Assembly: GCF_002113885.1 (NCBI RefSeq)
Contig: NW_018479992.1
Coordinates: 207,226-271,225, forward strand
Length of the DNA stretch: 64,000 nt
Origin: Mizuhopecten yessoensis
Taxonomy: Eukaryota
Direction: 5' to 3'
Part shown: positions 1 through 13,359 of the stretch, in pieces
Position numbering within the stretch: position 1 is the stretch's first letter
Layout of the letters: the number at the start of each line of letters is the position of its first letter
Notes under the pieces: generated by a model
Told to the model about the DNA's origin: nothing
The model's input: the letters and a program-made list of their open reading frames with translations, nothing else
The model's database searches: none
Made by a program: the position numbers and the translations under genes

Positions 1-496
1 AAAACGCAGCAAGATTCGTACTAAAAAAGCCCCTCAACTACATCAAACCTGACAGCACTACACAGATGATAAAGGACCTCAGATGGAATACATTGTAACA
101 CAGACGCAAGATAACGGACATCATATTTATGCACAAGATTCTACACCACCACATAGCAGTACCAACCAACTACCATCCTACCTACTCCACCGTCACAACA
201 ACAAGGAACAGCCACCCCTACAAACTCTATACTCCGCATATGGCAACCAACGTATACAGACATTCTTTTATCCCCCGCACCATCACAACATGGAACCTCC
301 TGCCACCCAGCGTCGCCAGCATCGAGGACCTGGACGCCTTAAAGGCGGCAGTCAGGGGAGAGGTGAAATAGACTTTTCCGATTGTATATAGTTTTAACCG
401 CACAAAGGCTCCACACTGCACGGATGTACATAGTCACCTTTGACGTGATGACCATACATGGTTTTTGTCGAGTAAAACATTGAAGTTGAAGTTGAA
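1..496 (+). mobile_element. Decayed 3' end of a non-LTR retrotransposon (CR1/L2-group LINE ORF2 C-terminus and tail), antisense within CCDC25 intron 4
   Basis: Frame from nt 3 reads NAARFVLKK...STTQMIKDLRWNTL*HRRK...YRHSFIPRTITTWNLLP, matching the typical LINE ORF2 post-RT motifs (RAARFV, L.W.TL..RR, SF.PRT...WN.LP). In-frame TAA at 96-98. Short (TTGAAG)n-type tail at ~480-496. Confidence 0.8.
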
Positions 497-681
497 ATAG
501 GTTTTTGACTTTTTACAGATGTATTTCTCTTTGGATTAATATGCTTTTTATATAAGAATATGTTTTAGTGCCTTTAGTTCTTGAAATATGTATTTTTTAT
601 GTGCGATAGGTTTTTGACTTTTTACAGATGTATATCTCTTTGGATTAATATGCTTTTTATATAAGAATATGTTTTAGTGCC
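497..681. repeat. 76-bp direct duplication (497-572 and 606-681)
   Basis: Two near-identical copies of ataggtttttgactttttacagatgta...gttttagtgcc directly after the LINE tail. Confidence 0.85.
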
Positions 682-1611
682 AAATATTGCTTTTAAATAC
701 TTGCTGTTCTTTAATATCTATATTACCTATACTTGTTATAGGTAATGTATTTCATAGTATTTATGTTTGAATGTTAGGTAAATAAATAAATGATCAGTAA
801 CATATTATATAGTCTCAAGTTATCTACTTTTATGAGTTTGACTACAGCGATTACCTGTAATTAAGGCTATTGTTCTGCACTCAACACTAGTCTCACCTGG
901 CCAACATGAAAATCTTACCTGTAGGTAACAAAAATACCAAATGTTGGCTAGGTGAGAAGACACCGTAATCATATTGTGGAGCAAGGCAAAGTGCTGCAGG
1001 CAATTTATACTCCCTCCACCTCCTGACAAACTGTGATGCCAAAAATGTACAAAGGGATGTAGCTCTGTACATATCATATGGCACAAATACTGAATTCATC
1101 ATAAGTCAATCTGCCATCCAAGGAGGTACTTGCACACAAAATTTGGCATTATAGGTGACAGAGAGTAGAGAATACCTGAGTGCATTCGACAGAGTGATGC
1201 ACTGACTGACAGACAGACAGACCGACTGGAAACCTAGAGTGCCCTTTGGTAGTGCAGATGAGGACTGATAACTACCAAAGTAATACACTGTAGTCAATGT
1301 TGTAATGTTTTACTACAGCAGATTGGAGAATGGTACAAGTGTATGTTTGATATACTGTCAGAACTCCTGGTTTATTGTTAGTATAATGTACATGGTAAGG
1401 TACACATTCACAGCCTCCAAAGATGATACTTATAGGGGAACTCTGAAGTACACAGGAGCACATATGTTTACACAAGTGTGAGGTTTACATGACATTTACA
1501 GAATAAAGTCTTACATGTAAGCTAAGGACCCACAACCGTATGGGTGTGTGTGAGGTTCACATGATACTTACCAGGTCCATGATACACGCAAGCTGAGAAC
1601 ACATACACATA

Positions 1612-1949
1612 TATGGAGTCTGAGGTACACACAATATTTACAGGATGGAGTCTGAGGTACATGTGATATTTACAGGATGGAGTATGGGGTACACATGATA
1701 TTTACAGGATATAGTCTGAGGTACACATGATACTTAGAGGATGGAGTCTGAGGTACACATGATACTTACAGGATATAGTCTGAGGTACACATATTACTTA
1801 CAGGATGGAGTCTGAGGTACACATGATAATTACAGGATGGAGTCTGAGGTACACATGATACTTACAGGATGGAGTCTGAGGTACACTTGATATTTACAGG
1901 ATGGAGTCTCAGATAAATATACTTACAGTATGGAGTCTGAGGTACACGT
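1612..1949 (-). repeat. ~32-bp minisatellite derived from the CCDC25 exon 4 end and its splice donor
   Basis: About 10 copies of (minus strand) GTGTACCTCAGACTCCATCCT|gtaagtatcat, versus the true exon end GTGTACCTCAGACTCCATACT|gtaagt at 1927. Confidence 0.9.
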
Positions 1950-4880
1950 GAGCAGATGACACCTTGTCTACATGGAACCTGCAAATATCAATTTTACACC
2001 AATAATACAAAACTGATACAGTATTCATTGATGTGAAAGCTTGACTACATCTTTTTTTTAAAAGTATTTTCATTCCTTTAGTAGGAACATCTCTTGACTT
2101 TCAATCGGACAATCCAGATTGAGCTGATTATTATACTTGATTGACAGCTTGTTCAATGGACACTTACCACACATCCTCTGGAAACCCCCACTTGATGAGA
2201 TCTTCATCTAAAAAAAAGATTATTTTTTTATTCAAGTGTGTTTGATGTGTATGTTTAGAGTAAGATCTAAATTATAATAATATGCACACTGCAGTAATTT
2301 GTCTGCCCATTTTAGTGTTTGTTCAGGTAAATCTTTTATTTGAACACTGTTTGCGGTGGTAAAAAATATGTTTCAAATGTAGAAAAAAAGATAATTACAG
2401 AAAATATGTGCAAGATAAAGGGTATTCAATAGTTACCCAATGAGTATATAGAGGTTATCACATGACCATTTCCATATCATACTTTGTCGGGATGGGGGGC
2501 TTGGTGGTCCCCTTGCCCCACACATATTATTTTTTACAACATTTGTTATTCCTTAATGAATTCACTCTGTGCAAGGAGTAGCTACACCCCTGACAGATGG
2601 ATATAAAATGTGGAAATTACCAGCTTGAGGTGTGATCTTTTCTGTAAAGTGTTGAACCGGACGTCAAACACATATGGCCTATGCCAGGCAGATATGGTGT
2701 GTGTCGGGCAGATATGTATTGGTCCGTGATATTGCCAATGTACAGTGCTATGCTAGCAGTATCACAAATGCAAACAACCCATATCACAGACAAGTATATG
2801 ACAATACACATATATGTTACAACTTCACAAGTATACCAGAATATTTCTGTAGCGACCTTCAGAAAATCTGAAACACTAATGAAATATCCAAGATACATGA
2901 TGTAATAATTGAACAGCAAATTAATTTGAAACCATCAAATTTTCTTTTACCCCCATATTCCACTTCATCTTTACAGAGAGTATTCCTCTTTATTTCTGCA
3001 GATCAATGTCTAAATACATGTACACCTGTATACAGAGGCAGAGTTTCACCAATTGATACATTTGGCATTACCATAGTGGACTACCATGTAACCATAAAAT
3101 GAACTACAAAGTGCAAAGTGTGTGAAACAAAGGGAGCATATTGGTAGCATGTATGATTACATACATACATGTATGTATCACATATCAATACTGAAATGAA
3201 CGAATTGGTACAAAATGATTTTGTCCGAAGATATAAAAGTATATCACGAAATGTTTAAACCTGATCGGATCAGCTTTACTTACTTTCATGTTTGTCCAGT
3301 CCCATGTACAGCAAGTAACTAGGGGATACAACTAAAACAAAGAATAAATAATATCAAAGACATATTGCCTCATAAATATTTTCAATTTTAGAACAGGCAA
3401 TTTGGCAATGTAGAGTATTGTCAAACCTTGTTATCTGTCATACTTTCCCAATAGTTACATAAAGGGTTGGTATGTTATTATTTGTCTCGAGGAAATAATC
3501 TGAGGAATGATTACCATGGTAACATGAGACAATAACACAGGTGGCAAATAAAACAAATGGCATTATATTTTCTTTTGTTTATAGTAAGCTTTGCTTTCAG
3601 ACGTACAAGGTATGTTTTTTAGACCATCACCACTTCCATAGGTTTATGATTTTCACTGGTTGATATGGTTAACTTTATTTAACACAAATCATGAAACAAG
3701 TTTTATATGTATCAACTTATATTAATCACTCTTTTTGGTATGAATGAATTTGCATAGAGGTTATGTATTGATGTGGAAGGAAACTGAAAAAAAGAACCCT
3801 CGTGTGATTGGTCAGGTGACCAAAATCCTTTTCACTTCCTATAAATATAAGGTGATCATACAATGACCATCATTGGTGAAATGCGAGTTCAGGTATCCAA
3901 TCACAGGTTGCAATTAAACTTTACTGGTCATGAGCCATAACAACAAAATTGTTTCATTTCTTCATCGACTTCGTTCGTGTTGGACAGGTTGGGCAGGATG
4001 ACACATATGGGAAATAACCCTTCATTTGGGTAACAGTTACTGTTCTGAGAACACTTTTATTACTGAAATGGGAAATAAAGCGAAATGAAAACACATGAAA
4101 ATTAAAGTCCTTTTAAACATTATGAACAAAAAAGGGTGTCATTCTATCAATATAATCTAAATTTTGGTGAAAATGACAAATTGTACATCACCTCCATTGC
4201 TTATAATGTGTTGAAGAGTAGCTACATCTATAAATAGCACACAGAAAGAAATCATGCTCACCTGTCACATTTGCACACGATGATCCCAATGACTACACAA
4301 TGAAGTTAGTGGAGAACAAAAACAGTGATATAGTTTGTCATTTTCACAAAAAGTTAGACATCAGAATTGTGCTTTTTTGTGCACAAATGTAATTCAGTGT
4401 TATTTATTGGATTTTGTTGAAAAAAATAACGCTGGTTTTCGCTCCTAGTGTTTAAAAGAACTTTGTGTATGTTTATTTCACATTTTCCCCGTTCCAGTAA
4501 TAACTGAAACTGAAATGAGTAACTGTTACCTCAAATGCAGGATTATTATCCATATGCGCCGTTGTGGCGATTTTCACTGTAGGCGCTATATCATTATGTT
4601 GATAAAACTTCGATCTCCAGTACGGTCCCTGTCTCGAATTAAATGGGGATCTACTTAACACATCATAAAATGAGTATACATTATGTGTATAAATGTACTC
4701 TAGTTTGTCTCCCATATAATCAGTGATGATCACCCGCGTTACTTTTTTCCAACATCAAAAAACACTAAGCGCTGTCAATGTGATCGGTATTTTATCTGAA
4801 ATACATTTTTACATGGGAATACCACCGAAGGTAATATAAAATAGCACCGATTTACCTTTGCTTGTGAAGTAAAACACCAT
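1927..4880 (-). CDS. CCDC25: Coiled-coil domain-containing protein 25, coding exons 1-4 (3' part not found in the window)
   Basis: Exons 4856-4880, 3284-3331, 2168-2207 and 1927-1978, all GT-AG with matching phases, splice to [55 protein letters not shown]. This is recognisable as the conserved CCDC25 N-terminus (MVFYFTS...[38 protein letters not shown]). Confidence 0.95.
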
Positions 4881-7800
4881 ATTTTATGTTTCACAACTCA
4901 ATCCACATGTAGTTTCCTTCTACGGAAGTGGACACTTTATTTTACTCGAAATACAAAAGAGCATGTAAGGGGAGGTAATTCAAATATATAATCGCGTTTA
5001 TATCCACCACGGAATTAGATTAGATGCTATATATGTAATTATAAGTCCGTGTATCTACGTACGAGTTGTATCAATACTCCTAACGGGAAATGTAAGAATT
5101 ATAAAAAAAACAGGAAGCTTTTTGCCATCTGGAGCAATTTAAGAAAGCAACCAACCTTTTTCATTTAATCAAATCATTGTACATAAATCGGGATACTTTT
5201 TAGATAAATGTCAATGTTCTTTATGCCATACCATCAGTTCAAAAAATGTTTGTTCATTTTTCATAAACAAGCCTTGATACTATCCACTTTTCATTTCTAT
5301 CACAATTTAACATTTTGGGCGCGTGGTTCTATAAAAAGAACGCGAAATACCTTTTGTTTGCTCAAAAACATAAAATAATTGTGAAATGCACTAATGTAAC
5401 GGTTCCTGGCTTGGAGCATGTATATTTTATAGTTAAAGTGTCAGGGTTTGACATTTTTTATGCCGAATTATCTCCATTAATTGTCTATGGTATATTAAAA
5501 TGATTGGATGGATCTTAACAGCAGTAGACCAATTACGAGAAATTCCAAATTCTAGGGTATAAGGCGTTACTTAACATTTCAATAGTCCTAGGCCAGGATT
5601 TTATGAACGGGAGGCGTAATTACGGTTGCCCTGGTAGAGGGTCCATGGGGAAGCTCAAAAGCTCCTGGATTTCAACAATTTAGCATCAAATTATGAAGTA
5701 GCCATATTCAATACAATATTAGCAGATTACGATAGTTTTTTGTGTTTTTTTTAAAGGGCGTACGCCCATTACGCCCTCACCTGGACCCGCCCCTCGCCAT
5801 ATTTCGACAGGAAATATGCATAGTTGAAATATTTTAGAGTCAACAAGGGTTTTGATTACATTTCTTCTCCAAACTAGCATTAGTTTTGATAAAACAGACC
5901 TTCGAAAATGATATCCAAATAAATAGTGTCGCCCGGCACGTAAATCAGGAAAGTCTTTTAATTGTTTTAGGTAAGAATACTTTTAAATTATCAATGTAAC
6001 GATAATCAGCAGCCAATAAAGCTTAATACAATTTAATTGTCATGAAAAGTATTATCAAATGAAAACTGTATACATAAAAGTACTTCAATTCTTTGCATTG
6101 AATGACAGTTTCTTGGGCCGTTTTCCCACAAGTGTCCTGTTATGGGTACTGTCCCGATTTTGGTACAGTGACGGTAGCATTAAAAATGTTCAATAAAAAG
6201 ATCATAGTACAGGAAAAATATGGAACGATTGAAAAGTATTGCCGAGCGGAACGAGTCAATTTTTTTCCTCAGTAATTTGCAAGCGTGTATGGTTTTCAAA
6301 CCTTTTTTTAGATGCCCCAATAATGTGGAACCCCTACTGCTTATTAGACTGCATGCGGGATAATATATCTACTAGTATAATTTTGTAAATAAATACCCCG
6401 TGCATGTTTTGGTGTCTCGACAAGGCTGACCGAAATGCCGAATAGCTTTTTTGCTAGATGCTACCGTGACCATTTTAAACCACTCATGTCCATAGTGTTA
6501 AAGAATGCCTTAGTTTTTCGAAAAGAAGGTCAGTATGACTATTCAGTAAATGTTCGTTTATTGCTAATTTGCGAAATGTTACTAATGGTATAACCCACCG
6601 AGTTATTATTGTTTATCTTTTATCGAATTTTGTTAATCAAATATTATGTTTAACTCATTGGGGTTTCTTCTAATCTTAACTGTAACTGTTTTTGTGCCTG
6701 TTATATTCTTAACTTACTTTGGATGAAATAAAGATATGAATGAATCGTATTTGCAAGCAAGGACCCGTCATATTGCGAGACTTTTTCGTATACCCACCGC
6801 AATATATTTTCCCTGCTAATATAAGACTACTTCATTAATTGTAAATGGGTGGAATGATCGAAGACATTGACCGGAGCGTAGAAATAAAATGGCGTCTTTT
6901 GACAGGTTTCGTCTTCTCTCTTTGCTTTGGGTGGTTTTCGCCTATTCGTGCATTTTTGTCTTTTCGTTATTTCGTTTTGTCGCTTTGCGTCTTTTTGCGC
7001 GCGACGTTATTATAGGGCTAATAGTTATATTAGTAGTGACCTACATATTTGTCTTCCCTCCACTGTATGTACAATTTGCCGTTCTAGCTCGAGCGAATTT
7101 AGAGAAACATAGACATATACGAAACTAGAGGGTGGATCGCTCTTTATATTGCATGTCTTTACTGTAAACTACAAATGTAGATATGTGATATCAGGAGTGA
7201 AACCCATATATATGGAAGCTGTTGTGAGGATGAATGAAATGTGAAGTGTAAATAAATGACAATAAAGCTAAACCAGCGAAAGGGTGGTTAAGTTTAACAA
7301 TTAAATAGTAATTACATGTATCACTAATTACACATAAACGATTCTGAGAGATTCAATGACACTTATTGCAATTACTTGTGGTCAGAACCCACCAGGTAGG
7401 CTATTGTACTGATCGGATTACGTAATAAGATTAACATGGAATTATATAATTCTGAAGTAATTTCCAATGAATTATCATGTTTCGTCTTGAAAAGGCATAA
7501 TTATACATTTCCACTTGCATATGCAAGACTTATCTAAAATGGCACGATTAAAGAATATTCAAAAGACTCAGAATTAAGATTAACGATTAGTCGAATCCCA
7601 TTGACGTGTCTTATAACCTATGAAAAAAAGTCAACGAGCTGTATATAACGTAATATGACACACAGCCAAGTGATTACGAGTCAATTGAAGTGTCGTTAAA
7701 ACTACCGTGTGGCCCTTTATGATCTTATATGGAATCGAGGGTTTGTTGATATAGATATTCCTTTATATTTTCGATAGTAAAGTGTCTGTCTCGTCAGCGC

Positions 7801-7899
7801 AAACAAGATTCATGGAACAGCCTAACTTCACCAAAATGTTTGATTCTAATGGGATTCTCATCTGAATCGAGGACGGAGGAGAAGCTGCTGATCACAACC

Positions 7900-10800
7900 G
7901 AATGTTGTGTTTAATGGACCGTTAAGACTGTCGTGTGATCCTGTACGACCGAATAATGTGTAGATTGACCGTTAAGACTGCCGTGTGGTCCTATAGACCG
8001 AATACAGTGTAGATGGACCATTAAGACTGTCGTGTGGTCCTATAGACCGAATATTGTGTTGATGAACCGTTAAGACTGTCGTGTAGTCCTATAGACCGAA
8101 TATTGTGTTGATGGACCGTTAAGACATGAACGACCGATTATTGTGTTGATGTCGTGTGGTCCTATACGACCGAATATTGTGATTTATGGACCGTTTAACT
8201 GTCGTGTGGTCCTGTACGACCGAATATTGTGTTGATGGACCGTTTAACTGTCGTGTAGATGGACCGTTAAGACTGTCGTGTGGTCCTATACGACCAAATA
8301 TAGTGTAGATGGACCGTTAAGACTGTCGTGTGGTCCTATACGACCGAAAATTGTATTGATGGACCGTTAAGACTGTCGTGTGGTCCTATACGACCGAATA
8401 TTGTGTTGATGGACCGTTAAGACTGTCGTGTGGTCCTGTACGACCAAATATTGTGTAGATGGACCATTAAAACTGTCGTGTGGTCCTGTACGACCGAATA
8501 TTGTGTTGATGGACCATTAACACTGTCGTGTGGTCCTATACGACCGAATATTGTGTTGATGGACCGTTAACACTGTCGTGTGGTCCTATACGACCGAATA
8601 TTGTTATTAATGGACCGTTAAGACTGTCGTGTGGTCCTATACGACCGAATATTGTGTTGATGGACTGTTATCACTGTCGTGTGGTCCTATACGACCAAAT
8701 ATAGTGTAGATGGGCCATTAACACTGTCGTGTGGTTCTATACGACCGAATATTGTGTTGATGGACCGTTAAGACTGTCGTGTGGTCCTATACGAGCGAAT
8801 ATTGTATTGATGGACCGTTAAGACTGTCGTGTGGTCCTATACGACCGAATATTGTATTGATGGACCGTTAAGACCGCGTGTGGTCCTATACGACCGAATA
8901 TTGTGTTTAGTGGACCGTTAAGACTCTCGTGTGGTCCTATACGACCGAATATTGTATTGATGGTCCGTTAAGACTGTTGTGTGGTCCTATACGACCGAAT
9001 ATTGTGATTAATGGACCGTTAAGACTGTCGTGTGGTCCTGTACGACCGAATATAGTGTAGATGGACCATTAACACTGTCGTGTGGTCCTATACGACCGAA
9101 TATTGTGATTAATGGACCGTTAAGACTATCGTCTGGTCCTGTACGACCAAATATAGTGTAGATGGACCATTAACACTGTCGGGTGGTCCCGTACAACCGA
9201 ATGTAGTGTTTAATGGTCCGTTAAGACTGTCGTCTGGTCCTGTACGACCGAATAGTGTATAGATGGACCATTAACACTGTCGTGTGGTCCTGTACGACCG
9301 AATATTGTGTTTAATGGACCGTTAAGATTGTCGTCTGGTCCTGTACGACCAAATATAGTGTGGATGGACCATTAACACTGTCGTGTGGTCCTGTACGACC
9401 GAATATTGTGTTGATGGTCCGTTAAGACTGTCGTATGGTCCTATACGACCGAATATTGTGATTAATGGACCATTAACACTGTCTTGTGGTTCTGTACGAC
9501 CAAATATAGTGTAGATGGACCAGTAACACTGTCGGGTGGTCCCGTACAACCGAATAGTATGTTGATGGACTGTTAGCACTGTCTTTGGCCCTATATGATG
9601 TATCACATCGCGCTGATGGATCATTGACATTTCAATGTAGTCCTATATATTGTAACATTATTTTGCGTTGATAGACCGTTAACCTATCTTATGACCCTAT
9701 ATAACACGACCAAATATAGTGTAGATAGACCAGTAACACGGTCGGGTGGTCCCGTACAACCGAATAGTATGTTGATGGACTGTTAGCACTGGCTTTGGCC
9801 CTATATGATGTATCACATCGCGCTGATGGATCATTGACCTATCAATGTAGTCCTATATATTGTAAAATTATTTTGCGTTGATAAACCGTTAACCTATCGT
9901 ATGGCCCTATATAATATTATTTTTCGTTGATAGACCGTTAATCTATCGTATGACCCAATATGATATTGTTTTGCGCTGATAGACAGTTAACCTATCGTGT
10001 GACCCAATATGATATTGTTTTGCGCTGATAGACAGTTAACCTATCGTGTGACCCTATATAACATTATCTTGCGTTGATAGACCGTTTACCTATCGTATGA
10101 CCCTAGATAACATTATTTTGCGTTCATAGACCGTTACCCTATCGTATGCCCCTATATGATATTATTTTGCGCTGATAGACCGTTAACAAGACTGTCGTGT
10201 GGGCCTATACGACCAAATATAGGGTAGATGGACCGTTAAGACTGTCGTGAGGTCCTATACGACCGAATATTGAGTTTAGTGGACCGTTAAGACTCTCGTG
10301 TGGTCCTATACGACCAAATATAGTGTAGATAGACCAGTAACACGGTCGGGTGGTCCCGTACAACCGCATAGTATGTTGATGGACTGTTAGCACTGGCTTT
10401 GGCCCTATATGATGTATCACATCGCTCTGATGGATCATTGACAGTTCAATGTAGTCCTATATATTGTAACATTATTTTGCGTTGACAGAGTTAAGACTCT
10501 CGTGTGGTCCTATACGACCAAATATAGGGTAGATGGACCGTTAAGACTGTCGGGTGGTCCTATACGACCAAATATAGGGTAGATGGACCGTTAAGACTGT
10601 CGGGTGGTCCTATACGACCACATATAGTGTAGCTGGGCCATTAACACTGTCGTGTGGTCCTATAGGACCGAATATTGTGTTAATGGACTGTTATCACTGT
10701 CGTGTGGTCCTGTACGACCGAATATAGTGTAGATGGACCAGTAACACTGTCGGGTGGTACCGAACAACCGAATAGGATGTTGATGGACTGTTAGCACTGT

Positions 10801-11700
10801 CTTTGGCCCTATATGATGTATCACATCGCGCTGATGGATCATTGACCTATCAATGTAGTCCTATATATTGTGACCTTATTTTGCGTTGATAGGCCGTTAA
10901 CCTATCGTATTATAGACCGAATACAGTGTAGATGGAGCATTAAGACTGTCGTGTGGTTCTATACGACCGAATATTGAGTTTAGTGGACCGTTAAGACTCT
11001 CGTGTGGTCCTATACGAGCGAATATTGTATTGATGGACCGTTAAGACTTTCGTGTGGTCCTATACGACCACATATAGTGTAGCTGGGCCATTAACACTGT
11101 CGTGTAGTTCTATACGACCGAATATTGTTATTAATGGACCGTTAAGACTGTCGGGTGGTCCTATACGACCAAATATAGTGTAGATGGGCCATTAACACTG
11201 TCGTGTAGTTCTATACGACCGAATATTGTGTTGATGAACCGTTAAGACTGTCGTGAGGTCCTATACGACCGAATATTGTGATTAATGGACCGTTAAGACT
11301 GTCGTCTGGTCCTGTACGACCGAATATTGTGTTGATGAACCGTTAAGACTGTCGTGTAGTCCTATAGACCGAATATTGTGTTGATGAACCGTTAAGACTG
11401 TCGTCTGGTCCTGTACGACCGAATATAGTGTAGATGGACCATTAAGACTGTCGTGTGGGCCTATTCGACCAAATATAGTGTAGATAGACCAGTAACACGG
11501 TCGGGTGGTCCCGTACCACCGAATGTAGTGTTTAATGTTCCGTTAAGACTGTCGTCTGGTCCTGTACGACCGAATATTGTGATTTATGGACCGTTTAACT
11601 GTCGTGTGGTCCTGTACGACCGAATATTGTGTTGATGGACCGTTAACCTATCGTATGACCCTATATGACATTACATACTGATGGACTGTTTAGGTGTGGT
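7900..11700. repeat. ~50-bp minisatellite array with variant sub-arrays and higher-order blocks
   Basis: Unit gatggaccgttaagactgtcgtgtggtcctatacgaccgaatattgtgtt repeated dozens of times. Variant sub-array at ~9870-10190. A ~170-bp block recurs at ~9500, ~9710, ~10315 and ~10720. Confidence 0.95.
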
Positions 11701-12939
11701 CCTGCATCCTTATGATATTTTATATCGTTATGTTGGATCATAGGACTATTGTGTGGCCCTATTAACAAGTTTATATAGAGTTAAATGAATTGTGTGGCCC
11801 TATTTAACTTGTATTAGTTTTACAGTATGCCAGACTCAAGCTCAATACAACGTAAAAATTGTGTCTGGACATGACTGAGTCGGAGATGAACAGTGTTATG
11901 TGAAAAGGGAGAAAGTGTTGATGTCACACGAATTCTGATAAGTTTCTGCTGAGGACTACTACAACCAGTATTTTCATATTATTGAAGTGAAATATAATAT
12001 TGAAGACACGAGTACGTATGTCTTATAGAAAATGTTTTTATTACAAAAATAAAATTTCATTAAAAATACAATAAAAGACATTTTAAAACACGAATTGTCA
12101 ACTTATTTCAGAAACATTATTTGATTAAATGTAATAAGAAGTTAAATATGAAGTAGATATATATAATTTCCGTTTATCACCGGTAGTTACACAAAGAACA
12201 GAAACATATTGGGGTGGGATTGACTCCCGAGGGAGGGTCAGACTCCCGGGTTAGAGAGAGGCAGCATCCCAACTCTTAATGTGTCTAGGACAGACGCAGT
12301 CCAGCTGCGTCACGCTGGAGACAATGCCATCTGTTACATATTTTTTCATCTGTCAGGCCAAGACAAAACTATGTGTGTTTCAGGTATTAAAATTTTCAAA
12401 TTTTCCAATTCACTTCCACTCATTACAGTAACTATATAAAACTGTCAAGAGCGTAGTCAGGCTCCCCGAACACGAAAAAGTTATTTTAATGAGCGACTGA
12501 GCTTTGCCTTGATAATAAATTTGGGATATAATGCTCTAGGCTCGACAGGAAAATCTTGGATAGGTCGGGATACCTGAAACACACATTTGTTTGGTCCGAT
12601 GTAATTAACTGCACCAAGTCAATTTCCTGGAGATCAAGTTCTTGCCAACTTTCTATTGCAGCTGCTGGATCATGTTTTAGGTTCACCTGAAACAAGAGTC
12701 GACTGAAACGGGATCGTCAATTAAACGTTCCACGCGCACAAGGTGAAATGATTTGTCTCATTGCTTGTTTTGATTTTGAATTGTACTAAGTTTGTCACGA
12801 ACCTGCGTGGCATCAACAAGGTAAACAATTCAAGTTTTAAAGACACGTTTACCCTGTTGCAAAGGAACCGACAAAATATTGGTATTTAGTCAGTGCAAGT
12901 CAATTTTAGACATTACATTACACTTATATAAAACACGCG

Positions 12940-13359
12940 TTACGTTGGTCGCCAACCAGCTTTGATTCTCTCTAACTTTTTTAGGTGTAGAGGGTTTAGG
13001 GAGAATGGTTCCTTGGTGAGATCAGTTTCGGACAACGTGGACAGGAAGTCTCCGTCCAGTTTTTCCTTCTCGCACAGTTTAGCGAGATCGGGAAGACCAC
13101 ATTGATGCAGACATTCCGTCAGATTCACAACGGAGAACGACTTGAACTCGGTCGGTTTCCCTGGGATTTCCGGCAGGGATTTGGAATTAGGTCTTACAGT
13201 ACCAACAGGCTTTGGTTTGGAACTCTTGTCTTTCCCTATGGACGACATATCCGGGATTTTATCCATTGCCATCGTTGGTCGCTCCACGGGTTCCGTGGCC
13301 AGTTCAGACAAGCTGGTTCTTGATCCCTCTTGCTTTTTCTTTCTTCCTCCAGTGAAAAA
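12940..13359 (-). CDS. Terminal SAM-domain exon of CABIT-SAM paralogue 1
   Basis: Acceptor tctatttttag at 13360, phase 0. Encodes ...FSVVNLTECLHQCGLPDLAKLCEKEKLDGDFLSTLSETDLTKEPFSLNPLHLKKLERIKAGWRPT*. Confidence 0.85.
   Translation of the reverse strand, partial: FFTGGRKKKQEGSRTSLSELATEPVERPTMAMDKIPDMSSIGKDKSSKPKPVGTVRPNSKSLPEIPGKPTEFKSFSVVNLTECLHQCGLPDLAKLCEKEKLDGDFLSTLSETDLTKEPFSLNPLHLKKLERIKAGWRPT

Noticed and set aside
83-391. 102-aa ORF as a gene
   Set aside because: Alternative frame of the decayed LINE fragment.
820-1500. CCDC25 exon 5 (expected ...DCAxLVKANSIxG)
   Set aside because: No matching sequence found; the remaining exons probably lie left of the window.
6889-7128. 79-aa hydrophobic ORF as a membrane protein
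   Set aside because: Its hydrophobicity comes from a T-rich tract after a donor-like site, so it looks intronic.
7900-11700. CRISPR-like appearance of this and the other regular arrays
   Set aside because: Units are contiguous with no unique spacers, there are no cas genes, and the context is eukaryotic and intronic.
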